In this document: piece after piece, positions 52,961-62,527 of the stretch | How positions within the stretch are numbered: position 1 is the first letter of the stretch | How the letters are laid out: the number at the start of each line of letters is the position of its first letter | Assembly: GCA_016710075.1 (NCBI GenBank) | Contig: JADJLO010000034.1 | Coordinates: forward strand, 13,484-77,483 | DNA: 64,000 bases | Source: Acidobacteriota bacterium | GTDB lineage: Bacteria; Acidobacteriota; Blastocatellia; RBC074 | Reading direction: 5' to 3' | The notes under the pieces: generated by a model | What the model was told of the DNA's origin: nothing | The model's database searches: none | What the model saw: the letters and a program-made list of their open reading frames with translations, nothing else | Translations under genes and position numbers: made by a program

Positions 52961-54307
52961 TCAGCTCATCTCAACAGTCATTTTCATGCCGTGTTTGGGT
53001 CTGAGAGTGACCAGAGGCTGCAGATCGACCGGATGGCCGGGGACGATTCGCAGTTTCCATTTCTGGGCCAGGGTAGCCATCACCAGAACGCCTTCCATCC
53101 AGGCGAAACTCTCGCCGATGCAGAGTCTGGGGCCGCCTCCGAACGGGAAGTAGGAAAACTGCGGTCTGGCTTCCTTTGCTTCAGGACGCCATCGTTCCGG
53201 ATCGAACCTTTCCGGATCAGGAAAATATTTCGGATTGTGGTGCATGACATACTGGCTCATCAGCAGTATGGATCTGGCGGGAATGTGGTAATCACCTATC
53301 TGGTAATCGTTCAGGGCGCGACGACCGATTATCCAGGCGGGTGGAAAGAGGCGCATCGATTCGGCGAAGACCATCTCGGTATATTTGAGTTTGGGATAAT
53401 CTTCGGCTGTTGGCAGTCTGCCGCCAAGGACCTCATCGATCTCGGCGTGGAATTTACTTTCAGCTTCGGGGTTGGTCGACAGCAGGTACCACGTCCAGGT
53501 GAGCGCGGTTGCCGTGGTTTCGTGCCCGGCGAGGAAGATCGTCATGGCCTCATCGCGCAACTGCTCATCGGACATCCCCGAACCGTCGCCTTCCTCATCC
53601 CGAGCCGAGACCAGCATCGAGAGCAGATCACCGTGATCGCGGCCGCTCCTGCGTCGTTCTTCGATGATCTGATAGATCGTCTTGTCGAGGCGTTCACGCC
53701 CCTTCAAAAATCGCCTTGTTGACGGCAATGGCAGCTTTTCCATCAACTGCGAGAAGGGTAAAGTCATCCTGTTGAACTGCTGCATCGTTTGAGAGAGCGC
53801 GTCGCCGATCTCATCGGCTTCCGACTCGACATCCGCATCGAAGAGCGTCTTGCCGGCAATTGCCAGCGTCAGCCTCATCATCTCGCGCGAGATGTCGAGA
53901 GCTTCACCGCCGTTCCATTTATCCCGCAGGCGGGCAGCATAATCGATCATGGTTGAGGCATAGCCCGCGATTCGCTGTCGATGAAACGCCGGCTGAACCA
54001 GGCGCCGCTGCCTCAGGTGATATTCACCCTCGCTCGTCAGCAACCCTTCGCCGAGCAGTCGTTTGGCACGCTGCAGGCCTTCGCCTTTCATGAAATTCTT
54101 ATTGTGAGTAATCAGTATCTCCCGGATGTATTCGGGATTGCTGATCAAATAGACCGGCTGCGGGCCGAGCTTGAAGAAAGCAATTTCACCATATTCCTTC
54201 GCAAGCCGTGTGAGAAATCCGAGTGGATCTCGACGCAGCGATATCAGATTGATCACCGGAATAAATGAATTTGGCCCTGGCGGCAGCTTCGTTGCAACTG
54301 TAGACAT
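52961..54307 (-). CDS. cytochrome P450
   Basis: Heme-thiolate loop [18 protein letters not shown] (ESMRL), AGHETT I-helix. GGAG 9 nt upstream of ATG at 54307; the ORF-track N-terminal 86 aa were discarded. Confidence 0.85.
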   Translation of the reverse strand: MSTVATKLPPGPNSFIPVINLISLRRDPLGFLTRLAKEYGEIAFFKLGPQPVYLISNPEYIREILITHNKNFMKGEGLQRAKRLLGEGLLTSEGEYHLRQRRLVQPAFHRQRIAGYASTMIDYAARLRDKWNGGEALDISREMMRLTLAIAGKTLFDADVESEADEIGDALSQTMQQFNRMTLPFSQLMEKLPLPSTRRFLKGRERLDKTIYQIIEERRRSGRDHGDLLSMLVSARDEEGDGSGMSDEQLRDEAMTIFLAGHETTATALTWTWYLLSTNPEAESKFHAEIDEVLGGRLPTAEDYPKLKYTEMVFAESMRLFPPAWIIGRRALNDYQIGDYHIPARSILLMSQYVMHHNPKYFPDPERFDPERWRPEAKEARPQFSYFPFGGGPRLCIGESFAWMEGVLVMATLAQKWKLRIVPGHPVDLQPLVTLRPKHGMKMTVEMS

Positions 54308-54318
54308 AATGAACTCCG

Positions 54319-54897
54319 TTAGCGCCTTTGCAGAAGATCGATGATGCCCCGGCTGGTTTTTGGCAGTTCGGCTTCCCTCCATTCGCCGGGGGGAATATTG
54401 CCCAGCTTCCAGGGCCCGATCTGAGTCCTGATCAATCTCAATGTCGGAATCCCAACCGCGGCAGTCATTCTTCGAACCTGCCTGTTGCGTCCTTCGCTGA
54501 TGGTCAGGCTGACCCAGAATGTTGGAATGGCTTTCCTCTCGCGAATCGGGGGCGTTCGTGGCCACAGATCAGGCGATTCGACCATTTCGACGATTGCCGG
54601 CTGCGTCATCCCGTCATTGAGATTGACGCCTCGCCTTAACTTTTCCAGAGCGGCTTTATCGGGTATCCCCTCGACCTGCGCCAGATAAGTCTTGCGCAGC
54701 TTGTGCCTTGGATCAGTGATGAGATGCTGCAGATAACCCCAGTCGGTCAGCAGCAGCAGCCCTTCACTGTCATAATCGAGCCTGCCTGCGGGATAAACAT
54801 CCGGGACTTCGATGAAATCAGCGAGTGTCCGCTTGGCTCCATCTGCAGAAAACTGACAGAGCACGCGGAAAGGCTTATTGAACAGGATCAGTTTCAA
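54319..54897 (-). CDS. rluE: 23S rRNA pseudouridine synthase (RluE/RsuA family)
   Basis: [14 protein letters not shown]...[14 protein letters not shown] (catalytic Asp motif). Confidence 0.8.
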   Translation of the reverse strand: MKLILFNKPFRVLCQFSADGAKRTLADFIEVPDVYPAGRLDYDSEGLLLLTDWGYLQHLITDPRHKLRKTYLAQVEGIPDKAALEKLRRGVNLNDGMTQPAIVEMVESPDLWPRTPPIRERKAIPTFWVSLTISEGRNRQVRRMTAAVGIPTLRLIRTQIGPWKLGNIPPGEWREAELPKTSRGIIDLLQRR

Positions 54898-54899
54898 TC

Positions 54900-54950
54900 G
54901 ATTCTTTCGCTTGTTTCGTTTACTTTGTCTGTTTCGTAATCCCTTCTTCC
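54900..54950. repeat. solo arm of GATTACGAAACAGACGAAA-family repeat
   Basis: TTTCGCTTGTTTCGTTTACTTTGTCTGTTTCGTAATCCC. Confidence 0.6.
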
Positions 54951-56957
54951 TCAGGCAATCAGTTTCTTGACGCGTTCGACAATATTCGATGCCGTGAATC
55001 CGAAATTCTCATAGAGAACCTGATACGGCGCCGACGCGCCGAAGCGATCGAGACCGATCATATCGCCCCTGTCTCCGACATAATTGCGCCAGCCGAAAGT
55101 CAACCCGGCTTCGATCGAGACTCTACTGGTGACTGCCGGCGGCAGGACCTCATCGCGATAAGCCTGTGATTGCCGGTCGAAAAGCTCCCAGCTCGGCATG
55201 CTGACGACTCTGGCGCCGATGCCCTCGGCAGTCAGCTTGTCCTGGGCTTCAATGGCGATCGAGACTTCAGAGCCCGTTGCGATGATGATCGCATCGATTT
55301 TGCCCGTGGGGGATTCGCTCATGACGTAGGCGCCCTTGATCACATTTTCTGCTGAAGCGTATCTGGTTCGATCGAAGACCGGAAGTTTCTGCCGAGAGAG
55401 AGCGATGGCAGTCGGGCCGTGTTGATTTTCGAGCGCGACGCGCCAGGCTACGGCGGTCTCATTGGCATCGGCTGGTCGCAGCAGCACAAGGTTGGGTAGC
55501 GCCCGCATTCCCATGAGGTGCTCGACCGGCTGGTGAGTCGGACCGTCCTCGCCCAGTCCAATGCTGTCGTGCGTGTAAACATAGATTGCCTGCAGCCCCA
55601 TCATCGCAGCCAGCCTCACGGGCGGCCGCATGTAATCGTAGAAGACCATGAACGTCCCGCCAAAAGGGATCAACGGCCGCGTCAGCGAAATGCCGTTCAT
55701 GAGCGATCCCATGGCATGTTCGCGCACTCCGAAGTGGAAGTTCCGGCCCGAGTAATTATCCGGCTGAAACTCTCCCATGCCTTCAAGAAACGTATTGTTG
55801 GATGGGCGCAGATCGGCGGAGCCTCCCAGAAGCATCGGCAGGGATTTCGCAAATGCATTGAGAGCCTTACCGGAAGCCTCGCGAGTAGCCATAGGCTTGT
55901 CTGCCGGGAACGACGGCATGGCATGCTCCCAGCCCTCGGGAAGTTTTCCGCTGAACCACTGGCTGAACTCCGCGGCAAGCTCCGGGTGAGCCTTCGAATA
56001 GGCATCAAACCTCGACTTCCATGCGCTCTCCGATTGAGCGCCGATGCCAACCGCGCCGCGAAAATGATCGAGCGACTCATCAGGCACGGTGAACGGTTCG
56101 TCGTAGGGCCATCCCAGATTCTGCTTCGTCAGTTTGATTTCATCGACACCGAGCGGCTCTCCGTGAGCTTTAGATGTTCCTGCGCGGTTTGGACTGCCGT
56201 ACCCGATGACCGATCTGACGCAGATGATCGATGGACGCGGGTCAGCCTGGGCCTGCCTGATTGCCGCCTCTATGGATTCAAGATCATTGCCATCATCGAC
56301 CTGCTGGACATGCCAGTTGTAGGCCTTAAAGCGTTTTGCGTGATCCTCGCTGAAGGCAACGCTCGTGCTGCCGTCAATCGAGATATGATTGTCGTCATAA
56401 AGGTAGATCAACCGCCCAAGCTTCAAATGGCCGGCGAGCGAAGCCGCCTCAGAGGCCACTCCCTCCATCAGGTCGCCATCGGAAACAATTGCGTAGGTGT
56501 AGTAATCGAACAGCTCATGTCCCGGCCGGTTGAAGTGCGCCGCCAGATATTGAGCGCCGATGGCCATTCCAACAGCATTGGCGAATCCCTGGCCCAGCGG
56601 CCCGGTTGTCGTTTCGATTGCCCGTGAAAGCTCGGATTCAGGATGGCCGGGAGTCATGCTTCCCCACTGCCGGAACTGCTTCAATTGATCGAGCGGAAAA
56701 TCATCGTACCCCGTCAGGTAAAGCAGGCTGTAGAGCAGCATCGACCCATGCCCTGCCGAGAGCACAAACCTGTCGCGATTCACCCATGCCGGATTCTTCG
56801 GATTGTGGCGCAGAAATTTCGTCCAGAGAACATAAGCCGCAGCAGCCATGCCCATGGGCATTCCCGGATGCCCGGAATTCGCCTTCTGAACCGCATCCAT
56901 CGCCAGCGTCCGAATCGTGTTGATTGAAAGTTGATCCAGAGTTTTTTGATCTGACAT
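54951..56957 (-). CDS. tktA: transketolase
   Basis: [36 protein letters not shown]; ThDP-binding GDG...N; full-length 668 aa. Confidence 0.9.
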   Translation of the reverse strand: MSDQKTLDQLSINTIRTLAMDAVQKANSGHPGMPMGMAAAAYVLWTKFLRHNPKNPAWVNRDRFVLSAGHGSMLLYSLLYLTGYDDFPLDQLKQFRQWGSMTPGHPESELSRAIETTTGPLGQGFANAVGMAIGAQYLAAHFNRPGHELFDYYTYAIVSDGDLMEGVASEAASLAGHLKLGRLIYLYDDNHISIDGSTSVAFSEDHAKRFKAYNWHVQQVDDGNDLESIEAAIRQAQADPRPSIICVRSVIGYGSPNRAGTSKAHGEPLGVDEIKLTKQNLGWPYDEPFTVPDESLDHFRGAVGIGAQSESAWKSRFDAYSKAHPELAAEFSQWFSGKLPEGWEHAMPSFPADKPMATREASGKALNAFAKSLPMLLGGSADLRPSNNTFLEGMGEFQPDNYSGRNFHFGVREHAMGSLMNGISLTRPLIPFGGTFMVFYDYMRPPVRLAAMMGLQAIYVYTHDSIGLGEDGPTHQPVEHLMGMRALPNLVLLRPADANETAVAWRVALENQHGPTAIALSRQKLPVFDRTRYASAENVIKGAYVMSESPTGKIDAIIIATGSEVSIAIEAQDKLTAEGIGARVVSMPSWELFDRQSQAYRDEVLPPAVTSRVSIEAGLTFGWRNYVGDRGDMIGLDRFGASAPYQVLYENFGFTASNIVERVKKLIA

Positions 56958-57004
56958 TGTCGATTTATTCTTTCTTACTTTAGTGCCGTCTTAAGGTGAG
57001 GCAA

Positions 57005-57430
57005 TTACATGACATTTTCACTTTCAGTGACCGTCTGCTGGTTAGCCAGCATCACCGCCAGAGTCTTTTCTGAAAAGAGCGTCGAATTTATCAGCGTCTG
57101 TACGACATGATTGCCGGGCTGAAAAAACGAGGTATTGACAAATACGGTGACATTGTCGGCGTAGCCGTCAGCAGGGACTGAAAACCCTGTGGGCTGTGAG
57201 ACCGCGATCGTCTGCATCCTGTCAGGCGTAAGGATTCTTACTTCGCTTAAATACTGTCCCTCGCCGCGCCAGTGGTTGATCACCGCCAGTTTGATAAGCG
57301 TCACAGGCAGTTGCGGAACCACCAGTTGATGCGTCACCCCCATCAGGCTCAGGTGATTTGTCGCTTCGACGCGAACGTCTTCACAGAATAAAGTGTAATC
57401 GAGTGTTAAATTGCTTGTTGATTGATTCAT
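57005..57430 (-). CDS. hypothetical protein (141 aa), immediately downstream of the peroxiredoxin on the same strand
   Basis: Open frame with an ATG; no recognised motif. 42-nt gap to the upstream gene suggests co-transcription. Confidence 0.45.
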   Translation of the reverse strand: MNQSTSNLTLDYTLFCEDVRVEATNHLSLMGVTHQLVVPQLPVTLIKLAVINHWRGEGQYLSEVRILTPDRMQTIAVSQPTGFSVPADGYADNVTVFVNTSFFQPGNHVVQTLINSTLFSEKTLAVMLANQQTVTESENVM

Positions 57431-57471
57431 CAGGGTTCTGCTTAAGTCAGGGCACTTTTAAATTTTCAGGT

Positions 57472-57915
57472 TTAGATCATTGACAACAATTCTTCAGGAT
57501 GAGTTGCCGCACTGACCTTTTCGAACACGTGTGCGATCCGGCCTTCCGGCGAAATCACATAGCTGATGCGTTTTGCGTAACCATCGGCTGTTGATTCACA
57601 TGCGCCGTACGCCAGACCCAGCGTCTTGTCCGTGTCGCATAGCAGCGGGAAATTGTAATTGAACTTTTCGGCAAACTTTCTGTTCTCTTCCATTGAATCG
57701 AAGCTGGCGCCCAGGATCTGAACATTTTTTTCGTCGTATTGTGTTTTTCGGTCACGGAACCCGCAACCCTCGGCCGTTCAGCCAGGCGTGTCGGCTTTTG
57801 GATAGAACCAGAGGACTACTGTCCTGCCGCTATAATCGCTTAACGAGACTTCGACACCTTCATGCGTCATGACTTTGAACCCCGGAGCTTCATCTCCAAC
57901 TTTGAGCATTGGCAT
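57472..57915 (-). CDS. Bcp/PrxQ-type peroxiredoxin with in-frame TGA at the peroxidatic-Cys codon (candidate selenoprotein; otherwise a pseudogene)
   Basis: GGGAGG-9 nt-ATG at 57915. MPMLKVGDEAPGFKV...VVLWFYPKADTPG-[TGA 57778-57780]-TAEGCGFRDRKTQYDEKNVQILGASFDSMEENRKFAEKFNYNFPLLCDTDKTLGLAYGA... are all one frame (ORFs 57778..57990 and 57472..57693 share a frame). Motif T-P-G-U-x-x-x-x-C. Hairpin GGUUGCGG-GUU-CCGUGACC starts 10 nt after UGA. Confidence 0.6.
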
Positions 57916-57960
57916 TTCTTCTGACCTCCCTTGTTTGATTATTGAATTACCGTGATAAGT

Positions 57961-58215
57961 GTACCGTAAATAATGAAAAAAACGGAACAAACGGAAGGAG
58001 GTGAAAGGAAGTATCTGGAGAGCAATCGGGAAAATAATTCGGCGAAATGGCCATACGAGCTGGGGCGCAGGCGTCTCGCCTGCGTATTATTTGTTATTGA
58101 GAAAATGTTGTTTCACGAGTTTGCATCTTACCACTCATCGCAGGCGAGACGCCTGGCGCCCCTCACTCGTATGGCCATTTCGGCAGTGAACTCTTTAAAC
58201 TTTGAACTGATTTCC
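57961..58215. repeat. long-inverted-repeat element (~40-bp arms GAAATGGCCATACGAG..GGGGCGCAGGCGTCTCGCCTGCG around a 57-bp centre) plus flanking heptamers
   Basis: Left CGGCGAAATGGCCATACGAGCTGGGGCGCAGGCGTCTCGCCTGCG; right CGCAGGCGAGACGCCTGGCGCCCCTCACTCGTATGGCCATTTCGGC; then CTTTAAACTTTGAACT. Confidence 0.7.
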
Positions 58216-58219
58216 AGGA

Positions 58220-58942
58220 TCACTGTCGTGGCCTGATCTTTCTCTCGGGTTCGGCTTTGCCGATCTGGTCAAAGCTGATATTGAGAACCTGGTATGATTG
58301 CCAGTCCTTGTAATCGAAATGCCACCATTCATTTCCGTCGACTGTGAAGCCTTCGGCTTCAATAGACGAACGGAGCATATCGCGCAGGCGGCGCTGCTCG
58401 TCGGTGCCGCCTTTGTACGTCGGAAAGGCTCTCTCGGTGAATTCATCGTAGCCGCTGGGCATTTCGATCTCTTTGCCGGTTTTGAGGTCATAGATGGAAA
58501 GATCTACGGCGCAGCCGCGGTTGTGTTTCGAACCTTTGGCCGGGTTGGCGACGAACATGTGCTTGTCGGGAGGCGTCTCGTCCCAGAATATCTTTGTCAC
58601 GGCCCAAGGACGATATCCATCGAAGATCAGCAGCCCGTAGCCTTTTTCCATGAGTTTGCGATGAGCCTTGAGCAGGGCTTCAGCGGCGGGGCGCTGCAAA
58701 AAAGCGCGTTCTTCCTTGTAAACCGGTTTTCCGAGGAAGTTGGTCGATTTCGCGTAACGGATATCGAGCTTGATCGTCGGGTCCATTTTGATCAGTTCGA
58801 CCAGATCGGGCGGCTTGAAGTTCCCTTCCTCCCTGGGCATTCGCTGCTGTGCTGGAACGCCGGTCCAGAGAAGGATAAGCAATGCCACGGGCAGAAAACC
58901 GCCCGCGACTCGTTGATGATTCATTGTCGAATTTATTTTCAT
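58220..58942 (-). CDS. secreted D-Ala-D-Ala dipeptidase (M15D, VanX/DdpX-like)
   Basis: Signal peptide; LDIRYAKSTNFLGKPVY, FDGYRPW, SKHNRGCAVDL, NEWWHF (Zn ligands and catalytic residues). Confidence 0.75.
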   Translation of the reverse strand: MKINSTMNHQRVAGGFLPVALLILLWTGVPAQQRMPREEGNFKPPDLVELIKMDPTIKLDIRYAKSTNFLGKPVYKEERAFLQRPAAEALLKAHRKLMEKGYGLLIFDGYRPWAVTKIFWDETPPDKHMFVANPAKGSKHNRGCAVDLSIYDLKTGKEIEMPSGYDEFTERAFPTYKGGTDEQRRLRDMLRSSIEAEGFTVDGNEWWHFDYKDWQSYQVLNISFDQIGKAEPERKIRPRQ

Positions 58943-58946
58943 TAGT

Positions 58947-60110
58947 TCATCCTTCGAGAATCTTGTATGACTTCAAACCGACCGAGACCTTGTCGCCCTG
59001 TTTGAGCATCAATCTTCGGGCGTCCCATTTATTGCGCAGTACTTTGATAACCATATTGCACTCTGATCCGGTATCGCCGGGACGCCTGCTGGAAAGCAGT
59101 CTGATCATCAGCGTTTCAGACGCGCCTGTGAACGTGACATCGAGAACCTCGCCTCGACCCAGATGATAGGGCGTCTCAACCAGTCCGGTCGGTTGCCCAA
59201 GAGAGACATCCTCGGGCCGGAAGACGATCTTCATCTTCTCATCGTTTATTGAGTGAGCCGGCACGGAGGCGGCAAGGCGTCTTTCGCAATCCAGAGCGAT
59301 CAACCCATCACTCCATCTGGCTTCAATGACGTTGGCGGCGCCGAGAAAAGTCGCGACATATTCCGTCTGGGGATTGTTGTAGACTTCGTCAGGTGTGCTG
59401 AGCTGCTCGATGCGGCCGCGATTGAGAATCGCGATCCGGTCGCCGAGCTCCATGGCTTCATCCTGGTCGTGAGTGATGAAGAGGGATGGAATGCGAAGCC
59501 TGCGCAACAGCGCGCGTATCTCGCGACGAAGCCCGACGCGCGTCTGCGGGTCGAGCGCGCTGAAGGATTCGTCAAAGAGCATGACATCCGGCTTGTAGGC
59601 CAGCGCCCTTGCAATGGCAACTCTCTGCTGCTGGCCGCCCGAAAGCTGAGCCGGATATTTGTCTCGCTGGTCGCCGAGCCCGATCATCGACAGCAGCTCA
59701 TCGACGACTTTGAGCCGGTCCTTCTTTTTGACTTTTCTGATGCGCAGGCCGAAAGCAATATTTTCAGCAACCGTCATTCGCGGAAACAGTGCATAGTGCT
59801 GAAAGATGACTCCAACATTTCGCTCGCGGGCGCGCAGATGCCCGATCGACCGGCCTTTCAGAAATATCTCCCCGTTGTCCGGGACTTCAAGCCCGGCAAT
59901 CAGGCGCAGCGTCGTGCTCTTGCCGCTGCCGGAATGCCCGAGCAAGACAAGACTTTCACCCTCGGCAATCGAGAAAGTCACATCATCCAGAACTCTTTCT
60001 TCGCCGAACACCTTGCTCAGACCGGTTACCCTCAACGCTTCCCATCCTTCAGTTTTCGTCTCGAGAAAAGACTGACTTTCATTGAGGAGAGCTGTCATCT
60101 CTCTAGCCAT
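58947..60110 (-). CDS. cysA: sulfate/thiosulfate-type ABC transporter ATP-binding protein with C-terminal TOBE domain
   Basis: Walker A GHSGSGKST, signature LSGGQQQRVAIARAL, Walker B MLFDESFSALD; C-terminal OB (TOBE) region. Confidence 0.75.
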   Translation of the reverse strand: MAREMTALLNESQSFLETKTEGWEALRVTGLSKVFGEERVLDDVTFSIAEGESLVLLGHSGSGKSTTLRLIAGLEVPDNGEIFLKGRSIGHLRARERNVGVIFQHYALFPRMTVAENIAFGLRIRKVKKKDRLKVVDELLSMIGLGDQRDKYPAQLSGGQQQRVAIARALAYKPDVMLFDESFSALDPQTRVGLRREIRALLRRLRIPSLFITHDQDEAMELGDRIAILNRGRIEQLSTPDEVYNNPQTEYVATFLGAANVIEARWSDGLIALDCERRLAASVPAHSINDEKMKIVFRPEDVSLGQPTGLVETPYHLGRGEVLDVTFTGASETLMIRLLSSRRPGDTGSECNMVIKVLRNKWDARRLMLKQGDKVSVGLKSYKILEG

Positions 60111-60193
60111 TCGTCACCTCGCTTTTTGCCGTGTGCCGGTCATCATTATCGCAGATAAATCCCTCTGCAGGGTTAGCTGCACCCTCAAAACGT

Positions 60194-61024
60194 CTATTTC
60201 TCCAGCCTCTTCCTCGTAAATAGTATGAGCGAAAATATGGCAAATGAAATCAGGGCCAGGACTGCGGCTATCGCATTGGCACCCTCGACATCTCCCTCGT
60301 TGAACTTGGCGAAAATGTAGAGCGGAGCGGTCTGCGTCTTGAGCGCCAGATTGCCGCTGACCATGATGGTCGAGCCGAATTCTCCGATCGACCTGGCAAA
60401 TGTCAGAAGAGCGCCGGTGATGATCGCGCCGCGCAGGCTTGGCAACAGAACGAAACGAAACGTCTGCCAGCGCGATGCTCCCATCGTTTCAGCGGCATCT
60501 TCGAAGCTCGTCTCCAGATTGTCCAGCGCCGGCTTGATCACGCCAAAAGCCAGCGGGAAGGTGACAAAGATATTCGCCAGAATGATCGCCGAAGTCGTAA
60601 ACATGATCTGGTAATCGGTCTTCTCCAGTAACTGCCCGAGCAGCCCGCTGCGCCCCCACAAAAGCAGCAAGGCAAATCCCGCCACCGCAGTGGGAATTGC
60701 CGTCGGCAGACTGATTATGATCGTCAGCGCCGACTCACCCTTGAAGTTGTATTTGGCCATGACATAGGCGGCAATCAGACCGAAGAGAACATTGCAGACC
60801 GTCGCCACGGTGCTTGTAATCAGGCTCAGCTTCAACGAGAAGATCGCTGCCGGCGCAACCAGCGCCTGCCAGAAATGAACCGGTCCTTTTGCGAACCCGT
60901 AGATGAAGATCGAGGCCAGTGGAAGAATCACCAGCGGCATCATCGCCACGACGATAAATCCAATGCCGACCGGCCTCGCCAAATCAATTCTCTGCCCCGG
61001 TAATATTCTGGCCTTTTGGCTCAT
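60194..61024 (-). CDS. sulfate ABC transporter permease (CysT/CysW family)
   Basis: Six TM helices, EAA-like loop; only one permease gene present. Confidence 0.75.
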   Translation of the reverse strand: MSQKARILPGQRIDLARPVGIGFIVVAMMPLVILPLASIFIYGFAKGPVHFWQALVAPAAIFSLKLSLITSTVATVCNVLFGLIAAYVMAKYNFKGESALTIIISLPTAIPTAVAGFALLLLWGRSGLLGQLLEKTDYQIMFTTSAIILANIFVTFPLAFGVIKPALDNLETSFEDAAETMGASRWQTFRFVLLPSLRGAIITGALLTFARSIGEFGSTIMVSGNLALKTQTAPLYIFAKFNEGDVEGANAIAAVLALISFAIFSLILFTRKRLEK

Positions 61025-61095
61025 AAGAATAAATTCAAAGTTTAAGGTTTCTGAAACTAACGGATTTTGCGGTTAAAGTTTAAACTCCCGGGAAA

Positions 61096-62103
61096 TCATC
61101 GCTGTTTAGTCAGGATCCTGTTTTTCCAGACACCCTCGATTATTTCGGGATAGGCCTTTGACCAGCCTCCGAGATCGCGGACATAAAAAGGCATCTCGAT
61201 GTTGGCGAAATTTCTGTTGAGTCCCTCGTCAGTCACCGATCTGAAACCGGCTTTGACCCAGGCCTCCTGCGAGGGCTGCTCCCACAAATACCGAACGAAA
61301 AGCTCTACAATCGCATACTTGGCAGCAGGCATGTTGCGATCGAGGATGATCACAGGGTGCTCGCTGAAAATGGTGCAGCGAGGGACGATCATCTCGTAAT
61401 CATTCTTTTTAGCCAGTAGCTGCAGCGCTTCCAACTCATATGTAATCAGCGCATCTCCCTCGCGTTCGAATTGAGTCCTGGCCTCACGTGCCGAGCCGGG
61501 AGTGGCGATCACGTTCTTCCAGACCCTGCTTAAAGTATCGAAAGCCTGCTGATAATCGCGGGCTCCGGTCATTTTTTCGGTTTTGATCAGTTCGGAGCCG
61601 TAGATTGCGAGCAATGACCACTGGCCCGCGCCTGAAAAGATCGGATCGCAATGGATCAATTTTATTCCCGGCCTTGCGAGATCGCCAAAATCCTTTACCT
61701 TTTTCGGATTGCCCTTGCGGACGACGATGACCATCGGAGTCTTGTTGATGATTCCGTTATTGGGCAGATCCCGCCACCTGCTCTTTGTCGCCTTGCCTTG
61801 AACCAGGCGATCCGCATTTCGCTCAATGGCGAGAATGGCAACATCCGCCTCGGCGCCCATCAGTATCTGGTTGGTCACCGTCTCCGATCCCGCATACGAG
61901 GTGGAGAAATAGAGAGGTTGCCCCGTCTTTTCAAACCAGAGTTTCTGATATTCAGGGGCGATATCGTTTTCGAGCGGCTCCTTGACTACACTGAAACCGT
62001 AGACAGTGATCGTGGCTTCCTTGTCAACCTCCGACTTCCGGCGGCATCCGCCGGGCTCAATGGCAATAAGTAAAATTGTAATGATTGCCAGAATTTTGCG
62101 CAT
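61096..62103 (-). CDS. sbp: sulfate/thiosulfate-binding periplasmic protein
   Basis: Lipoprotein or signal peptide (IEPGGC); ...ITVYGFSVVKEP...SYAGSETVTNQILMGAEADVAILAIERNADRL typical of the Sbp/CysP family. Confidence 0.75.
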   Translation of the reverse strand: MRKILAIITILLIAIEPGGCRRKSEVDKEATITVYGFSVVKEPLENDIAPEYQKLWFEKTGQPLYFSTSYAGSETVTNQILMGAEADVAILAIERNADRLVQGKATKSRWRDLPNNGIINKTPMVIVVRKGNPKKVKDFGDLARPGIKLIHCDPIFSGAGQWSLLAIYGSELIKTEKMTGARDYQQAFDTLSRVWKNVIATPGSAREARTQFEREGDALITYELEALQLLAKKNDYEMIVPRCTIFSEHPVIILDRNMPAAKYAIVELFVRYLWEQPSQEAWVKAGFRSVTDEGLNRNFANIEMPFYVRDLGGWSKAYPEIIEGVWKNRILTKQR

Positions 62104-62385
62104 TGATTATCCGAGTCTGATGGCCGAACGGCTGGGAGATACACCCCGGCCTTAATAAACCTGTTTTCAATAATACAGAATTTAATAGCGAGATAATTTC
62201 GGGAAGGCCTCTATTCAAGTGAAAAATCAGAGGCCAGGGCAGTTTCCGGCCGGAAACCTGAGTTGATGTCTATTCAATTTACATTGGCGGCGGACTTTCG
62301 CCCGCGTCTTCATTCTAATTTCAATTAAATTTCAATTCCCAGCCGGTTAGTTTGACCGTCCGTTGCGGTCTTCAATCAGGGTTCA

Positions 62386-62412
62386 ATTCAAACCCTGTTT
62401 TTGTTTGTTTAT
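62386..62412 (+). terminator. plus-strand intrinsic terminator in the sbp / spoIID intergenic region (orphan, possible sRNA 3' end)
   Basis: CAGGGTTCAATTCAAACCCTGTTTTTGTTTGTTT. The T-tract is only on the + side, yet both neighbouring genes are on the - strand. Confidence 0.3.
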
Positions 62413-62527
62413 TATTCAAATTCAAGTTGTAAATTGAGCGATTTTCAAAGGTTTTATACCTGCTCAACAAGACAAAGTCAATCACGGTTTTTAAGATGAG
62501 GGTGGTGGTGTTAAAGAGAAGATTGGA

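Noticed and set aside
52961-54565. Full 534-aa extent of the P450 ORF and the 256-aa extent of the HD-domain ORF (36468..37238)
   Set aside because: The N-terminal ~85 aa of each has no homology and reads through intergenic or repeat sequence. RBS-supported internal starts (54307; 36664) fit the known protein families.
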